Positions 28,836 to 40,967 are shown, numbered from the stretch's first letter. The stretch is DNA of 64,000 nucleotides from Marinicella sp. (GCA_965230295.1 OZ246001.1:384001-448000), one strand, 5' to 3'. Translations and numbers: made by a program. The notes: generated by a model from the letters alone, not told the origin.

Positions 28836-31208
28836 ATGTCTGAATACATCTTAAAACTTGACCAACTGTCCATGCAAGATTTAGACCAAGTGGGTGGAAA
28901 AAATGCCTCACTGGGTGAAATGATCACCCACCTGAATGCTTTGGGCGTCAAAGTACCGGGTGGCTTCGCCACCACTGCCGATGCTTTTAAGGAATTCTTA
29001 CAAACCTCTGGCTTGAATCAACGCATCAGCGACAAGTTGAAAGGTTTAGATACTGACAACATCGATGATTTGCGTGCTGCAGGCGAACAAATCAGGACAT
29101 GGGTTTTAGAAACACCTTTTCAAGCACCCTTAGAACAAGCCATACGTGATGCTTATGACAGCATGAAGGCTGATTTGGGAACAGATTTTTCCGTGGCAGT
29201 TCGTTCATCGGCCACCGCAGAAGATTTACCGGATGCTTCATTTGCAGGTCAGCAAGAAACCTTCCTTAACGTCAATGGGGCCGATGAAATACTGAAAAAA
29301 GCCCACGAAGTCTTTGCCTCGCTCTACAATGACCGCGCCATTTCGTACCGGGTTCACCACGGGTTTGATCATGATGATGTATACCTGTCTGCAGGGGTAC
29401 AACAGATGGTCAGGTCAGACATTGCTGCCAGTGGCGTGATGTTTACCATGGACACAGAATCGGGTTTTAATGATGTGGTGTTCATCACATCATCTTACGG
29501 CTTGGGCGAGATGGTGGTCCAAGGCGCAGTTAATCCTGATGAATTTTATGTGTATAAACCAGCCATTGCTGAGGACAAACCCGCTGTTCTGCGTCGAAAT
29601 CTCGGTTCCAAAGCCATTGAAATGACTTACTCTGATGACCCTGCCAATCCAGGCGTAAAAACACAGAACATCGAAAGCCAAAGAAGCCAACAGTTTTCGA
29701 TCACTGATGCTGAAGTTCAACAGCTGGCGAAACAAGCCATGATCATTGAAAAACATTATGGTCGTCCGATGGACATCGAATGGGCCAAAGATGGTGTAAC
29801 TGGAGAACTGTACATTGTTCAGGCCCGCCCTGAAACAGTGAAGTCCCGTGAAACCAAAGGTCAAAAAATAGAACGTTATGCCTTACAAAACCAAGGCACA
29901 GTGGTTTGTGAAGGTAGAAGTATTGGTCAGAAAGTAGGACAAGGTACAGCCAAAGTCATCAAAAGCATTGCCCAAATGGACCAGATCAATACCGGTGATG
30001 TGTTGGTCACTGACATGACAGACCCAGATTGGGAGCCCATCATGAAGAAAGCCGCAGCCATCGTGACCAACCGTGGTGGACGCACCTGTCATGCTGCAAT
30101 CATTGCTCGCGAACTGGGCATTCCTGCGATTGTTGGCTGTGGTGATGCCACAACCAAAATCAGTCACGAACGTGAAGTCACCGTCTCTTGCTGTGAAGGT
30201 GACACTGGCTTCGTTTATGAAGGTTTGATGGGCTATGACATCCATACCACCGATTTACAAAACATGCCAGAGGCGCCTTTGAAAATCATGATGAACGTTG
30301 GCAACCCCGACCGGGCATTTGATTTTCAAAACCTGCCTCATTTTGGCATTGGACTGGCCAGATTAGAATTCATCATCAACCGCATGATCGGCATCCACCC
30401 AAAAGTGTTGCTCAACTATGACGATCAACCAGACAACATCAAACAAATCACTGACCCCATGGTGGCTGCCTATGCTTCTCCAAGAGACTATTTTGTCAAA
30501 CGATTGGCAGAAGGCATTTCAACTTTGGCTGCGGCATTCAGCCCAAGCCCTGTTATTGTTCGATTGTCTGATTTCAAATCCAATGAATATGCCAACTTAA
30601 TTGGCGGAGCTCAATACGAACCCAATGAAGAAAACCCCATGCTGGGCTTTCGAGGCGCCTCTCGCTATTTGGATGATTCCTTTGTGGATTGTTTCGAAAT
30701 GGAGTGTGAGGCCTTGAAGTTCATTCGCGATGAAATGGGCTTAACCAACGTATGGGCAATGGTGCCCTTTGTCAGAACTTTGGCCGAAGGCCAGGGCGTG
30801 ATTGATTTGATGGCTAAAAATGGTCTGAAACAAGGCGACAATGGCCTAAAAATTATTATGATGTGTGAGCTGCCATCCAATGCATTGATGGCTGATGAAT
30901 TCCTGGACATCTTCGATGGCTTTTCAATCGGCTCCAATGACATGACACAGTTGACTTTGGGGTTGGATCGTGATTCTGGCATCATTGCTGATTTGTTTGA
31001 TGAACGGGATCCTGCGGTGAAGAAAATGCTGTCAATGGCCATCAGCGCCTGTAAACGCAGGGGCAAATACATCGGCATATGCGGTCAAGGACCTTCAGAC
31101 CACCCTGACTTAGCCCAATGGTTGTTAGATCAAGGCATAGAAAGCGTGTCATTAAATCCGGACACAGTGGTCGAAACCTGGTTAAAACTGGCCAAAACAA
31201 CTGATTAA
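28836..31208 (+). CDS. ppsA: Phosphoenolpyruvate synthase
   Basis: VGGKNASLGEM, GGRTCHAAII, SIGSNDMTQ; start MSEY (track 28815). Confidence 0.98.
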   Translation: MSEYILKLDQLSMQDLDQVGGKNASLGEMITHLNALGVKVPGGFATTADAFKEFLQTSGLNQRISDKLKGLDTDNIDDLRAAGEQIRTWVLETPFQAPLEQAIRDAYDSMKADLGTDFSVAVRSSATAEDLPDASFAGQQETFLNVNGADEILKKAHEVFASLYNDRAISYRVHHGFDHDDVYLSAGVQQMVRSDIAASGVMFTMDTESGFNDVVFITSSYGLGEMVVQGAVNPDEFYVYKPAIAEDKPAVLRRNLGSKAIEMTYSDDPANPGVKTQNIESQRSQQFSITDAEVQQLAKQAMIIEKHYGRPMDIEWAKDGVTGELYIVQARPETVKSRETKGQKIERYALQNQGTVVCEGRSIGQKVGQGTAKVIKSIAQMDQINTGDVLVTDMTDPDWEPIMKKAAAIVTNRGGRTCHAAIIARELGIPAIVGCGDATTKISHEREVTVSCCEGDTGFVYEGLMGYDIHTTDLQNMPEAPLKIMMNVGNPDRAFDFQNLPHFGIGLARLEFIINRMIGIHPKVLLNYDDQPDNIKQITDPMVAAYASPRDYFVKRLAEGISTLAAAFSPSPVIVRLSDFKSNEYANLIGGAQYEPNEENPMLGFRGASRYLDDSFVDCFEMECEALKFIRDEMGLTNVWAMVPFVRTLAEGQGVIDLMAKNGLKQGDNGLKIIMMCELPSNALMADEFLDIFDGFSIGSNDMTQLTLGLDRDSGIIADLFDERDPAVKKMLSMAISACKRRGKYIGICGQGPSDHPDLAQWLLDQGIESVSLNPDTVVETWLKLAKTTD

Positions 31209-31244
31209 ATCTTTCAATCAACATTACAATAAAAAGAGGAAACA

Positions 31245-34200
31245 ATGAAACAAAAATTCACCTTGAAACCATTGGCAGGGGCTTTGATGCTGGGTTCAAT
31301 ATATGCAGCCCAAGCACAAATCGAAGCCATTCAACAACACCAACCAACTGACGTGCAAATTAATCAATCGATTAACAGCAATGATCTGATATTGGCTGTC
31401 GGCATCTTTGACCCCAAGCATCAACAGCTCCAATTTCAAAACAGTGGCATCTCCAGTTCACCATCAAGAGATTATGGCATCGTTCAATTCCATGCTGGTC
31501 ACAGTGACTTTAAATGGTTACAAGCCAATGGGTTTGATGTCATACAGTCGTTCTCAAACCACGCCTATTTGGTGAATTGGCGTGGCATTGACCCGTCAAA
31601 ATTGCAGCAAAACGAACAAATCAGATGGTCCGGTCCCTTTTTGAGCAGTTACAAAGTTTCGCCCAATTTATGGCAAAACAACCGTGCTGCATTGACTTCA
31701 TATGATTTATCAGTCCAGGTATTCAGTGATTATCCTGTTACAAAGATCAAACCTTTGATTCGAAAATTCGTGCCTGAAGCCAAATTCATCCAATCAAACA
31801 TACCCGGCAACAGTTCCCGTATTGCCATTCAAGTACCGGCTCTTAACTTGAATGAAACCCTGAGTCAATTGGCAGCCACAGAAGCCGTTCAATGGATCAA
31901 CCTGTATTACCCAGAGCGGTTTTTTAATAACGAAGCCGTGGCTGCAGTTCAAGCCACCAGCGGCAACACTGCAGACACACCAATCTTCGATCAAGGACTC
32001 TTTGGATCAGGCCAAATCGTGGGTGTTGCAGATTCAGGACTGGATCACAATGAAGATTGGTTTGCCCACCACGACAATGGATCTGGTGTGGTAACAGCCA
32101 TCACGGCTGCAGAAGCCACTTTGCCACCCTTGATTGGGACTCTAAGCCCAGACAATAAAGTGGTAGGTTATTGGGTGATGCCCGGCGCCGCAGCTTATGA
32201 TCATGGAACCAATCATGGAACCCATGTGGTTGGCTCTGTAGCTGGCGACGAATCCACCAATGTTTCATCACCCACCAGTTCTGGTTATGACAATGACGAT
32301 GGCATGGCACCGAACGCACAAATTTTATTCCAAGACATCGGCAGTGCATCGGGCTTAACCGGGGTTGGATCCACCCCCATGTGGCAACAAGCCTATGCTG
32401 CAGGTGTCAGGATTCACAGCAACAGTTATGGTTCATCAACCTTCGGTGAGTATGTCAGTTCTGACCGAAATGTAGACATTGCTTTGCGAGAGTTGGATAA
32501 CATGATCATTGCCATCGCTGCCGGAAATGATGATGGCTTTAATAACACCACAGGCTCACCGGCCAATTCCAAAAGTGCCTTATCTGTTGGCGCATTGGGT
32601 CATGGCAACAGCACTTCAGTGGCCGGATTTTCGAACCGGGGGTTAACAGACGATGGCAGATTGAAGCCAGACATTGCAGCCACTGGTTCCAGCATCCAAT
32701 CGGCAGCTGGTGACACCAACAACTCCAGTACCATCGATCCCAATCCAAGCCGAACCACCAAAAGTGGCACATCCATGTCTACACCAATCACAGCAGGCAC
32801 CACCGCTTTGTTGCGCCAATATTTCACTGATGGATTTTACCCAACTGGCGTGGCCAATCCCAGTGATGCCCTGATCCCAAGTGGACCATTGATGAAGGCC
32901 ATGTTGTTGAGTGGCACCAGCACAGATTCCGGTTTTTTCGACAAAAACACCGGTTGGGGAAGACCTTGGTTGGAAAACACCTTATATTTCCCTGGCAGTG
33001 ATCGATCTTTTAGATTTTGGGACGTCACCCATGAATCTGGCCTGAGCACAGGTGAAAGCATCAGCTTTGATGTAGATGTTTTGGCAGGCGAAGAGTTTCG
33101 GGCGGCTTTGGTTTGGTATGACGTACCGGGACCAACAGGTTCAGGTGTTACTTTAGTCAACAACCTCAACCTGACCGTTGCTGCCCCAGGAAACACCTAT
33201 TTAGGAAATCGATTCAGTGGTGATGTTTCGATAACCGGGGGCTCTGCAGACAACCTCAATACAGTAGAACAAGTCAGACTTGAAACCCCTGCTACTGGCA
33301 CCTACACCATCACTGTAGATGCACCCAATGTTCCAGGCGATGGTGATTTTGGCACTGATAAACAGGGCTTTGCATTGGTGGTATCAGGACGACTGGGGTC
33401 CAATTCACCAGTGGCCATTGGCGACCCCAGCAGCCTGACAGCCAATGACACTGGCGTCAGTGGCGTTGATTTAAATTGGTCTGCTGCCAGCGGTGCCGAT
33501 CATTATGACATTTATCGAGCTGATGGTAGCTGTGCCTCTATGAATCCGGGCGAATTCAGATACATCGGTCAATCAACAGTTAACAGCTATAATGACATCA
33601 ACACCTCTGGTGGCTATGAATATGCCTATCAAATCAGGGCTTTCAATGCGGACAACCAAAGTAATTATTCCAATTGTGCAGATGTGCTTTCTACTCAAGC
33701 TTGTTTGATCCCACCTACATACAACCGCAGTTCAGCCGGTGTCAGCAGTCAAACCAATGACACTTGTGAAATTACGTTGAGTTGGGATGCTGCCAGCAGT
33801 AATTGTCCCACCGATCCCGATTTGACTTACAATATTTACCGTTCTGATACCCATAATTTCATCCCGGGTCCGGGTAATTTGTTAACCACCACAGCCCCCA
33901 ATGTCACCAGTTTCAGTGACACGATGGTCAGTCAAGGTGAAAATTATTTTTATCGCATCAGTGCCGTTAACAACGGCAATGAAACACAACTGACTCCCGA
34001 ATTGGTCAACTCTCCAATCGGAACCCCATCAGCCCTCGAAGGCACCATGGGTGACAACCAAGGTGTTGATGACGCCAATTTGATGATGACCTTAGAATCT
34101 CCATGGTCTGTATCTAATGATGACAGCAGTGCTGGCTCTTTAAGTTATCGATCGGCACCAGAGGGAGCCAACAGTTACTCGTCTAACTTATGTGCCAGGG

Positions 34201-34646
34201 CCTATTCACCAGTCATTTCCATTCCTGTAGCTGGTTCTTCAGCTCCTGTGTTGTCTTACAAAGCCAACTATGAAATTGAAGCCGATTGGGATGGAATCGT
34301 GGTTGAAATTTCAACCGATGGTGGTGCCAATTGGGTTGACTTACCTCCTGTCGGCGGCTATCCAGGCGATTTCAGTCAAACCGGCAACCCGGCAATCAAT
34401 GGATGTGGTTATGCAGCAAGCCATGGTGCCATCAATGGTACCAGCAATGGAGCTTTTGAAGATTTCAGTCACGCACTTTCAGCCTATACAGGTCAGACGG
34501 TTCAATTCAGATGGAGTTTTTCAACGGATCCTGGCTTTGAACAAGAAGGCTTCTATTTGGATGAAATCAACTATGAAAACATCCACCTGCCAAACACTTG
34601 TAATATGGGCAGCTCTGATATAATTTTTATTGATGGTTTTGAATAA
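31245..34646 (+). CDS. Secreted S8 subtilisin-like serine peptidase with C-terminal FN3-like/beta-sandwich domains
   Basis: Signal peptide; catalytic DSG, HGTHV, SGTSMS; ends in DIIFIDGFE. Confidence 0.92.
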   Translation: MKQKFTLKPLAGALMLGSIYAAQAQIEAIQQHQPTDVQINQSINSNDLILAVGIFDPKHQQLQFQNSGISSSPSRDYGIVQFHAGHSDFKWLQANGFDVIQSFSNHAYLVNWRGIDPSKLQQNEQIRWSGPFLSSYKVSPNLWQNNRAALTSYDLSVQVFSDYPVTKIKPLIRKFVPEAKFIQSNIPGNSSRIAIQVPALNLNETLSQLAATEAVQWINLYYPERFFNNEAVAAVQATSGNTADTPIFDQGLFGSGQIVGVADSGLDHNEDWFAHHDNGSGVVTAITAAEATLPPLIGTLSPDNKVVGYWVMPGAAAYDHGTNHGTHVVGSVAGDESTNVSSPTSSGYDNDDGMAPNAQILFQDIGSASGLTGVGSTPMWQQAYAAGVRIHSNSYGSSTFGEYVSSDRNVDIALRELDNMIIAIAAGNDDGFNNTTGSPANSKSALSVGALGHGNSTSVAGFSNRGLTDDGRLKPDIAATGSSIQSAAGDTNNSSTIDPNPSRTTKSGTSMSTPITAGTTALLRQYFTDGFYPTGVANPSDALIPSGPLMKAMLLSGTSTDSGFFDKNTGWGRPWLENTLYFPGSDRSFRFWDVTHESGLSTGESISFDVDVLAGEEFRAALVWYDVPGPTGSGVTLVNNLNLTVAAPGNTYLGNRFSGDVSITGGSADNLNTVEQVRLETPATGTYTITVDAPNVPGDGDFGTDKQGFALVVSGRLGSNSPVAIGDPSSLTANDTGVSGVDLNWSAASGADHYDIYRADGSCASMNPGEFRYIGQSTVNSYNDINTSGGYEYAYQIRAFNADNQSNYSNCADVLSTQACLIPPTYNRSSAGVSSQTNDTCEITLSWDAASSNCPTDPDLTYNIYRSDTHNFIPGPGNLLTTTAPNVTSFSDTMVSQGENYFYRISAVNNGNETQLTPELVNSPIGTPSALEGTMGDNQGVDDANLMMTLESPWSVSNDDSSAGSLSYRSAPEGANSYSSNLCARAYSPVISIPVAGSSAPVLSYKANYEIEADWDGIVVEISTDGGANWVDLPPVGGYPGDFSQTGNPAINGCGYAASHGAINGTSNGAFEDFSHALSAYTGQTVQFRWSFSTDPGFEQEGFYLDEINYENIHLPNTCNMGSSDIIFIDGFE

Positions 34647-34669
34647 AACCTGAATTCAATACTTGTAGT

Positions 34670-34710
34670 AAGCCGCTGTTCAATTCCTTGAATGGCGGCT
34701 TTTTTATTTT
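34670..34710 (+). terminator. Intrinsic terminator after the S8 peptidase
   Basis: AAGCCGC...GCGGCTT stem followed by a T-run. Confidence 0.7.
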
Positions 34711-35357
34711 GACCCTGACTGACTGGCCCGAATAAAGTTTGTGAGCTTTTCAGCATCCAAGCAGTCATCTGTTCTGACACTGCTACACAAGTCCAAACCA
34801 TAAGGATGTACTTGGCTGATGGCCTGTGCCACGTTCTCTGCACTTAATCCACCCGCCAAATAGACCGGTATTGACACCGATTCAACGATTTGTTGGCTCA
34901 ATCCCCAATCGTGTGTCCGACCGGTACCACCCAATTCTTTGATGGCTAAATTGGGGTTGCCGCTGTCCAGTAACAAAGCATCCACATGTTTCGCCACTGA
35001 TTCAGCTTGGGTCACTGAATCCTGATCGATGACATGAATCACTTGTACCAATTTAACTCCAGGCAAAGCTGATTTGATGTCAGCATAGGTGCCTGACTCA
35101 AGGGCGTCGACCAATTGTAAAGCACTGCTGTTCACTTTTCGATGATGAGCAATGATTCTGGCGGCGGAGGTTTCACTGGTTAACAAGAATGTTTCAATGT
35201 GTGCAGGCACTTCAGCTGCAATGGCGGCGGCCATCTCATCCGAGATGATCCCGGGACCGCTGGGCATGTCACCCACCAGTCCCAGTATGTCTGCCCCGGA
35301 AGCCACTGCTGTTTTCGCCTCCTGAATGGAAGAAATACAACAAATCTTAATCTTCAC
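34704..35357 (-). CDS. Phosphoribosylanthranilate isomerase-like protein (second TrpF paralog)
   Basis: KICCISS, LLLDSG, GGTGRTHDW, LAGGL, GLDLCSSV; GTG start at 35357 overlaps the folC end (track 35408). Confidence 0.85.
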   Translation of the reverse strand: MKIKICCISSIQEAKTAVASGADILGLVGDMPSGPGIISDEMAAAIAAEVPAHIETFLLTSETSAARIIAHHRKVNSSALQLVDALESGTYADIKSALPGVKLVQVIHVIDQDSVTQAESVAKHVDALLLDSGNPNLAIKELGGTGRTHDWGLSQQIVESVSIPVYLAGGLSAENVAQAISQVHPYGLDLCSSVRTDDCLDAEKLTNFIRASQSGSK

Positions 35358-36621
35358 TAAACACCTCTTCCAGCACATGGAATGAACCGAATACAACGAT
35401 TCGGTCATCCGGATTAGCCAATGACAAAGCCATGTTGTAGGCCTGTTTCGCTGATGAAAATGTGGAAAACAAATTCACTTGATCTGCCATCATCAGTTTT
35501 AAGTCATCCAATTCCAATGCCCGGGCATTGTTCAACTCAAACACCAGCCAATGATCAAAGGTGCCTCTGAGTTCTGCGAGCCAATTTTCTGGTTCCTTGT
35601 CAGCCAACACTGAAAATATTGCAATGGTTTCACCCGCTATGGGATGAGCTGTTAACCACTGGTTTAAGCTTGATACCGCCTGCTTGTTGTGGGCCACATC
35701 AGCCAAAACCAGGGGCTGTTCATGCATGGTTTGTAAACGACCCGGTATCTGCCATTGGGCCAAAACTTGCTGCAATTCTTTGGTATGAAACTGATAACCC
35801 AATGCCAACATCGCTGTCAAAGCACTGGAAAAATTTTTGATTTGCCAATCCCCTTTGGCAACTGGCATATTCAATTGCTTGAATTGCTGCTCACCCGATT
35901 GATAGCTCCAGTCTGACGCATTGATTTGACAACCATAGGCCTCATCAATGGCCAATAAACGTGAATTCAGCTCACTGGCTTTGGTCAGTATGGCTTGTGG
36001 AACATTCAAGTCACCGTAAATAACTGGAGTATCTGCTCGCATGATGCCCGCTTTCTCTTGAGCAATGGTTTCAACATCGCTGCCCAACCATTCGGTGTGA
36101 TCGATATCAACCGTGGTGATGATCGCCACGTCTGCATCCAATGAATTGGTGGCATCAAGGCGCCCCCCTAACCCAACCTCCAACACGATGACGTCGACAC
36201 GATGACTGATAAACACCAGTAATGCCGCCAGAAATGCGTACTCAAAGTAAGACAAACTGATTTCACTTTTGGCTTCATCAATGGCAGTAAAAGCTGTCAG
36301 TATTTCATCATCACTCGCTGCTTCGCCGTTGATGTTGATCCGTTCATTGAAAGTGAAGATATGAGGCGAAGTGAAGGCACCAAATGAAAGGCCTTTGGAT
36401 CGCAGCAGGCCACACAAGGCAGCCACAGTCGACCCTTTGCCGTTGGTGCCGCCCACTGTAATGATTTGCTTGGCTGGCTGCGACAATTGCAGGCGATCAA
36501 GAACAAGGCGCAGCCGGTCTAGCCCTAAATCAATTTTGAATTGATTCAGGGCTTCCAGTCTTTGATTAAGCAACTGATGAGTTTCTGACTTTTGTTTTGA
36601 TTTATTCTTGTGGGTGGTCAT
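35347..36621 (-). CDS. folC: Folylpolyglutamate/dihydrofolate synthase
   Basis: [29 protein letters not shown]. Confidence 0.96.
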   Translation of the reverse strand: MTTHKNKSKQKSETHQLLNQRLEALNQFKIDLGLDRLRLVLDRLQLSQPAKQIITVGGTNGKGSTVAALCGLLRSKGLSFGAFTSPHIFTFNERININGEAASDDEILTAFTAIDEAKSEISLSYFEYAFLAALLVFISHRVDVIVLEVGLGGRLDATNSLDADVAIITTVDIDHTEWLGSDVETIAQEKAGIMRADTPVIYGDLNVPQAILTKASELNSRLLAIDEAYGCQINASDWSYQSGEQQFKQLNMPVAKGDWQIKNFSSALTAMLALGYQFHTKELQQVLAQWQIPGRLQTMHEQPLVLADVAHNKQAVSSLNQWLTAHPIAGETIAIFSVLADKEPENWLAELRGTFDHWLVFELNNARALELDDLKLMMADQVNLFSTFSSAKQAYNMALSLANPDDRIVVFGSFHVLEEVFSED

Positions 36622-37513
36622 CGGCCACGATTACTTCATCGGGTTCAACCGCTTCGGAAGACAGTGGCTTCAGCAAATCCAGCAGTTGGTGAATTTTTTC
36701 ACTTAAATCATGACGCGCCACAATCATATCAATGGCACCATGCTCTAACAAAAACTCACTGCGTTGGAAGCCTTCAGGCAAGGTTTCCCGAACCGTTTGT
36801 TCTATCACACGAGGACCAGCAAAACAGATCAGCGCATTGGGTTCTGCGATGTTGACATCACCTAACATGGCCAAAGAAGCTGATACACCACCAGTGGTCG
36901 GATTGGTCAACACTGAAATGTATGGCAAACCGGCCAATTTCATGCGTTTCAAGGCAGCGGCTGTCTTTGACATTTGCATCAGGGAAAACAAGGATTCTTG
37001 CATTCTGGCACCGCCAGAAGCCGAAAAATTAATCAAAGGCAGCTGCTCCTTCAATGCCAGGTGCACAGCCCTCACAAATTTTTCACCGACCACCGAACCC
37101 ATGGAGCCTGCCATGAATTTAAAATCAAAAGCAGTCACCACCACATCACGACCTTTCAGTTGCCCTTTGACAGCCACCAAAGCATCGTTCTCACCCGTTG
37201 CCTTTTGGGTGGCCACTATGCGGTCTTTATAGCGTTTGCTGTCTTTGAATTTCAACGGATCTTCAGGTTTTACATCGGCCGCAATTTCAACCATTGGTGA
37301 ATCATCTAAAAAGAATTCTATGCGTTCCCGGCCCGACAAAGATTCATGGTGCCCACATTTAGGGCATACTTTGCCATGTTTGATGGTTTCAGGTTGGTAC
37401 AAGACGGCTTCGCACTGTTTGCACTTACCCCACAGGCCCTCAGGAATGTTTTTCTTTTTTTTGCCACCTTCGGTTCGAATTCTTGATGACATTATTTTTT
37501 GAAACCAGCTCAT
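36602..37513 (-). CDS. accD: Acetyl-CoA carboxylase carboxyltransferase beta
   Basis: Zn finger, [28 protein letters not shown]. Confidence 0.97.
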   Translation of the reverse strand: MSWFQKIMSSRIRTEGGKKKKNIPEGLWGKCKQCEAVLYQPETIKHGKVCPKCGHHESLSGRERIEFFLDDSPMVEIAADVKPEDPLKFKDSKRYKDRIVATQKATGENDALVAVKGQLKGRDVVVTAFDFKFMAGSMGSVVGEKFVRAVHLALKEQLPLINFSASGGARMQESLFSLMQMSKTAAALKRMKLAGLPYISVLTNPTTGGVSASLAMLGDVNIAEPNALICFAGPRVIEQTVRETLPEGFQRSEFLLEHGAIDMIVARHDLSEKIHQLLDLLKPLSSEAVEPDEVIVADDHPQE

Positions 37514-37546
37514 GTGAACTCCAATTAATTTCTACGGGACAGTCAA

Positions 37547-38344
37547 TTATAACGAATCGAGCGCCGTTCTGATAGGTTTGATGAAATCAGTCATGGCCTG
37601 TTTTGCTGACTCAATCGAGTCACAGGACCCCAAAACACTGACCAAAGCACTGCCTATGACCACTGCATCTGCTTCTTGAGCGACCGCCACAGCAGATTCA
37701 GCGTCTTTCACACCAAATCCTACCGCTATGGGCAAATCAGTGTGTTGTCTGATTTTCTTGACATCTGCATTGACCGAATCACTGTTTAAGTCTGCCGATC
37801 CAGTTACTCCTTTCAGGGCCACATAGTAAACAAAACCTGAAGCGTGACGACATATCATGGCTTTGCGCTCTTCTGTGGTGGTGGGCGCAACCAAAAATAT
37901 TTGATTCAATTCATGTTGGCGCATTTTCAGTAATAAATCATCTGATTCTTCCGGGGGACTGTCAACCAACAACAAAGCATCAACACCAGCTTGCTTAGCC
38001 TGCTCGACAAAAACATCGTTACCCATACACTCAACCGGATTTAAATAACCCATCAACACCACTGGTGTCTGTTGGTCTTTGCGGCGGAACGACTTGACCA
38101 TCTCAATGGTGTTGTCAATACCCACACCATGTTCAATGGCTTGTTCAGAAGCATGTTGGATCACTGGACCATCAGCCATGGGATCTGAAAATGGCATGCC
38201 CAATTCAATGATGTCAGCACCACAATCAACCAAATGGTGCATGATTTCAACAGTCATTTCAGGATCAGGATGTCCGGCTGTCACAAACGGAATCAGTGCT
38301 TTTTTACCAGCCAATGTTTCGAACCGTTGTTTGATTAAACTCAT
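37547..38344 (-). CDS. trpA: Tryptophan synthase alpha
   Basis: [25 protein letters not shown]. Confidence 0.97.
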   Translation of the reverse strand: MSLIKQRFETLAGKKALIPFVTAGHPDPEMTVEIMHHLVDCGADIIELGMPFSDPMADGPVIQHASEQAIEHGVGIDNTIEMVKSFRRKDQQTPVVLMGYLNPVECMGNDVFVEQAKQAGVDALLLVDSPPEESDDLLLKMRQHELNQIFLVAPTTTEERKAMICRHASGFVYYVALKGVTGSADLNSDSVNADVKKIRQHTDLPIAVGFGVKDAESAVAVAQEADAVVIGSALVSVLGSCDSIESAKQAMTDFIKPIRTALDSL

Positions 38345-39540
38345 ACCAAGACCCCCTCAATGGCAGCAATGGTGTGTACATCCTTATCACCACGTCCAGA
38401 TAAATTAACAATGATGTTTTGCTCTGCTGATAAAGTGGCTGCCAATTGTTGTCCATAGGCCACTGCATGGGCCGATTCCAAAGCCGGTAATATCCCTTCT
38501 ATCCGGGTTAAATCGTGGAAAGCCTTCAAAGCCTGGTCATCATTCACAGTCACATATTGAGCGCGCCCGGATTCATTCAAAAAAGCATGCTCAGGGCCGA
38601 CACCTGGGTAATCAAGTCCAGCTGAAATTGAGTGAGTCTCAATGATTTGACCTTGTTTATCAGACATCACATAGGTCCTGTTGCCATGTAAAACACCAAT
38701 CTTTCCTGCCGTTATTGATGCCGCATGCTCACCAGTTTCAACCCCATGACCACCGGCTTCTACACCATATATGGCCACTGCTTCGTCATCCAAAAACGGG
38801 TGAAACAATCCCATGGCATTCGATCCACCACCCACACAAGCCACCAAAGCATCAGGCAAACCACCAACTTTTTCAGCAAATTGTTTTTTGGCTTCTTTGC
38901 CAATCACTGAATTAAAGTCTCTGACCATTTGTGGATAAGGGTCCGGACCTGCCACCGTTCCTATGATGTAAAAAGTATCATCAACATGGGTAACCCAATC
39001 ACGCATGGCTTCATTCAAAGCATCTTTCAACGTTTTAGAACCCGAGTCCACGCTGCGCACTTCAGCACCCATTAATTTCATGCGGTAAACATTGATGGCT
39101 TGTCGCGCAATGTCAACTTCTCCCATATAAACCACACATTCCAGCCCCAAACGCGCACAAACTGTTGCAGTGGCCACACCATGTTGCCCAGCACCTGTTT
39201 CTGCTATGATGCGTTTTTTTCCCATGGCCTTGGCCAACAAAATCTGCCCCACAGTGTTGTTGATCTTGTGAGCACCGGTATGATTTAAATCTTCGCGTTT
39301 TAACCAAATCTTGGCACCACCAGACACCTGTGTTAATCGTTCAGCGAAATAAAGTGGCGATGGTCGGCCAACATAATCTGCCAAATCGTGATTAAACAGC
39401 GCCAAAAATGCCTCATCATTTTTAAGGCGGGCATAGGCCTCTTGTAGTTCAGCGAGGCAATGCATCAGCGTTTCGCTGGCGAAAATGCCGCCAAACTGAC
39501 CAAAATGCCCCCTGTTATCGGGATAATCTGAATATTTCAT
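38341..39540 (-). CDS. trpB: Tryptophan synthase beta
   Basis: [37 protein letters not shown]; alternative start 39594. Confidence 0.97.
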   Translation of the reverse strand: MKYSDYPDNRGHFGQFGGIFASETLMHCLAELQEAYARLKNDEAFLALFNHDLADYVGRPSPLYFAERLTQVSGGAKIWLKREDLNHTGAHKINNTVGQILLAKAMGKKRIIAETGAGQHGVATATVCARLGLECVVYMGEVDIARQAINVYRMKLMGAEVRSVDSGSKTLKDALNEAMRDWVTHVDDTFYIIGTVAGPDPYPQMVRDFNSVIGKEAKKQFAEKVGGLPDALVACVGGGSNAMGLFHPFLDDEAVAIYGVEAGGHGVETGEHAASITAGKIGVLHGNRTYVMSDKQGQIIETHSISAGLDYPGVGPEHAFLNESGRAQYVTVNDDQALKAFHDLTRIEGILPALESAHAVAYGQQLAATLSAEQNIIVNLSGRGDKDVHTIAAIEGVLV

Positions 39541-39571
39541 AGTCTTTTTATTGTGGGTTTTATTTTGATTT

Positions 39572-40213
39572 TTAATTATTTTTTTCGTCATCAAAGGACT
39601 TTACTTCATCCATCAATGCCTTCATTTTAGATCTCGATTTTACGCCAGGAGATGCTTCAATACCACTGCTGGTATCAATATATTTTGCAGCTGTTATCTG
39701 TAATGCCAATCTGACATTTTCTGCATGAATGCCACCCGCTAAAATCATCGAATCTCGCAGCACTTCAGGTATCTTAAACCACTCAAATGACCTACCAGAA
39801 CCACCCGATTGTTTTCGTCCATAGGCATCTAGTAAATAAGCCGCTGCTGAAGGGTGTTGGTTGACATATGCCGAATAGTCATTCACGGTTAACATGGGCA
39901 CCGCTTTCCAGTATGGCCGATTAAACTGTTGACAAAATTCAGCCTCTTCATCACCGTGAAACTGAATCACATCTGGTTTGATCTTATTAACCACATCCGC
40001 AATAAAACTGGCTTCCTGATTTGCAAACAAAGCCACTGCTGTGACGCCCGCTTGCTGAGCTGATTGAACCAACGGAATGGCGTCTTGAATGGTGATATAT
40101 CGAGGGCTTTGGGGCACAAACACAAAGCCGACTGCATCAACGCCACACCCAATCGCCGCATCAACATCTGATGGCGTTCTTAAGCCACAAAATTTAACCC
40201 GTGTATTACTCAT
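39572..40213 (-). CDS. trpF: Phosphoribosylanthranilate isomerase
   Basis: VKFCGL, QFHGDE, GGSG, LAGG, DTSSGIE; canonical truA-trpF-trpB position (track start 40249). Confidence 0.94.
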   Translation of the reverse strand: MSNTRVKFCGLRTPSDVDAAIGCGVDAVGFVFVPQSPRYITIQDAIPLVQSAQQAGVTAVALFANQEASFIADVVNKIKPDVIQFHGDEEAEFCQQFNRPYWKAVPMLTVNDYSAYVNQHPSAAAYLLDAYGRKQSGGSGRSFEWFKIPEVLRDSMILAGGIHAENVRLALQITAAKYIDTSSGIEASPGVKSRSKMKALMDEVKSFDDEKNN

Positions 40214-40967
40214 AGTTGGGGATATCATATATTTCTGGGTAAGTGACATTGGTAAAAGTCAGGCCTTCCGGAGGAGCTGTCATGCCGGCTTGTTTGCGAT
40301 CTTTACTCATCAACACGTCATTCACCCAACTGATTGGTTTTTTACCATGACCAACTTTTATTAACGTGCCCACAATGTTTCTAATCATGTGATGCAAAAA
40401 GCCATTGGCAGTGAACTTGAATGTAATCACATCTCCATCCCTACTGACTGATGCCTGCAACATCCTCCTTTCAGGGTGGTGGGCCTGGCACTTGCTGGAT
40501 CTGAATGCACTGAAATCATGGACTCCCAATAAACTTTGAACGGCTTCATGCATCGCATTGTGGTCCAGGTCATGTAAAATCCACGTCAAATGATGTCGAT
40601 TAATGGCAGGTCTGACCTCTCGATTCAAAATTTGGTACACGTAACTTCTGCTGGTGGCAGAAAATCGAGCATGGAATTCATCATTCACAGGCAAGACCCA
40701 CAGAACAACGATGCCGTTGTGTAGTGCCGTGTTGATGCCCAACTTCCATTGCCTTTCAGTTCTCGTGGCTTCGGTTTCAAAGTGAATCACTTGATGCGTG
40801 GCACTCACACCAGTATCGGTCCTTCCTGCACAATGTATCTTCACTGGATGGTTGGCAACCTGGCTGATTGCTTTTTCTAAACATGACTGTACTGTAGGTT
40901 CTTGTTTTTGTATCTGAAACCCAAAAAATGGTTGTCCATCATATTCAATACCACAAGCAATACGCAT
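40206..40967 (-). CDS. truA: tRNA pseudouridine(38-40) synthase
   Basis: AGRTDTGV, FHARFSA, FLHHMIR. Confidence 0.97.
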   Translation of the reverse strand: MRIACGIEYDGQPFFGFQIQKQEPTVQSCLEKAISQVANHPVKIHCAGRTDTGVSATHQVIHFETEATRTERQWKLGINTALHNGIVVLWVLPVNDEFHARFSATSRSYVYQILNREVRPAINRHHLTWILHDLDHNAMHEAVQSLLGVHDFSAFRSSKCQAHHPERRMLQASVSRDGDVITFKFTANGFLHHMIRNIVGTLIKVGHGKKPISWVNDVLMSKDRKQAGMTAPPEGLTFTNVTYPEIYDIPNYE

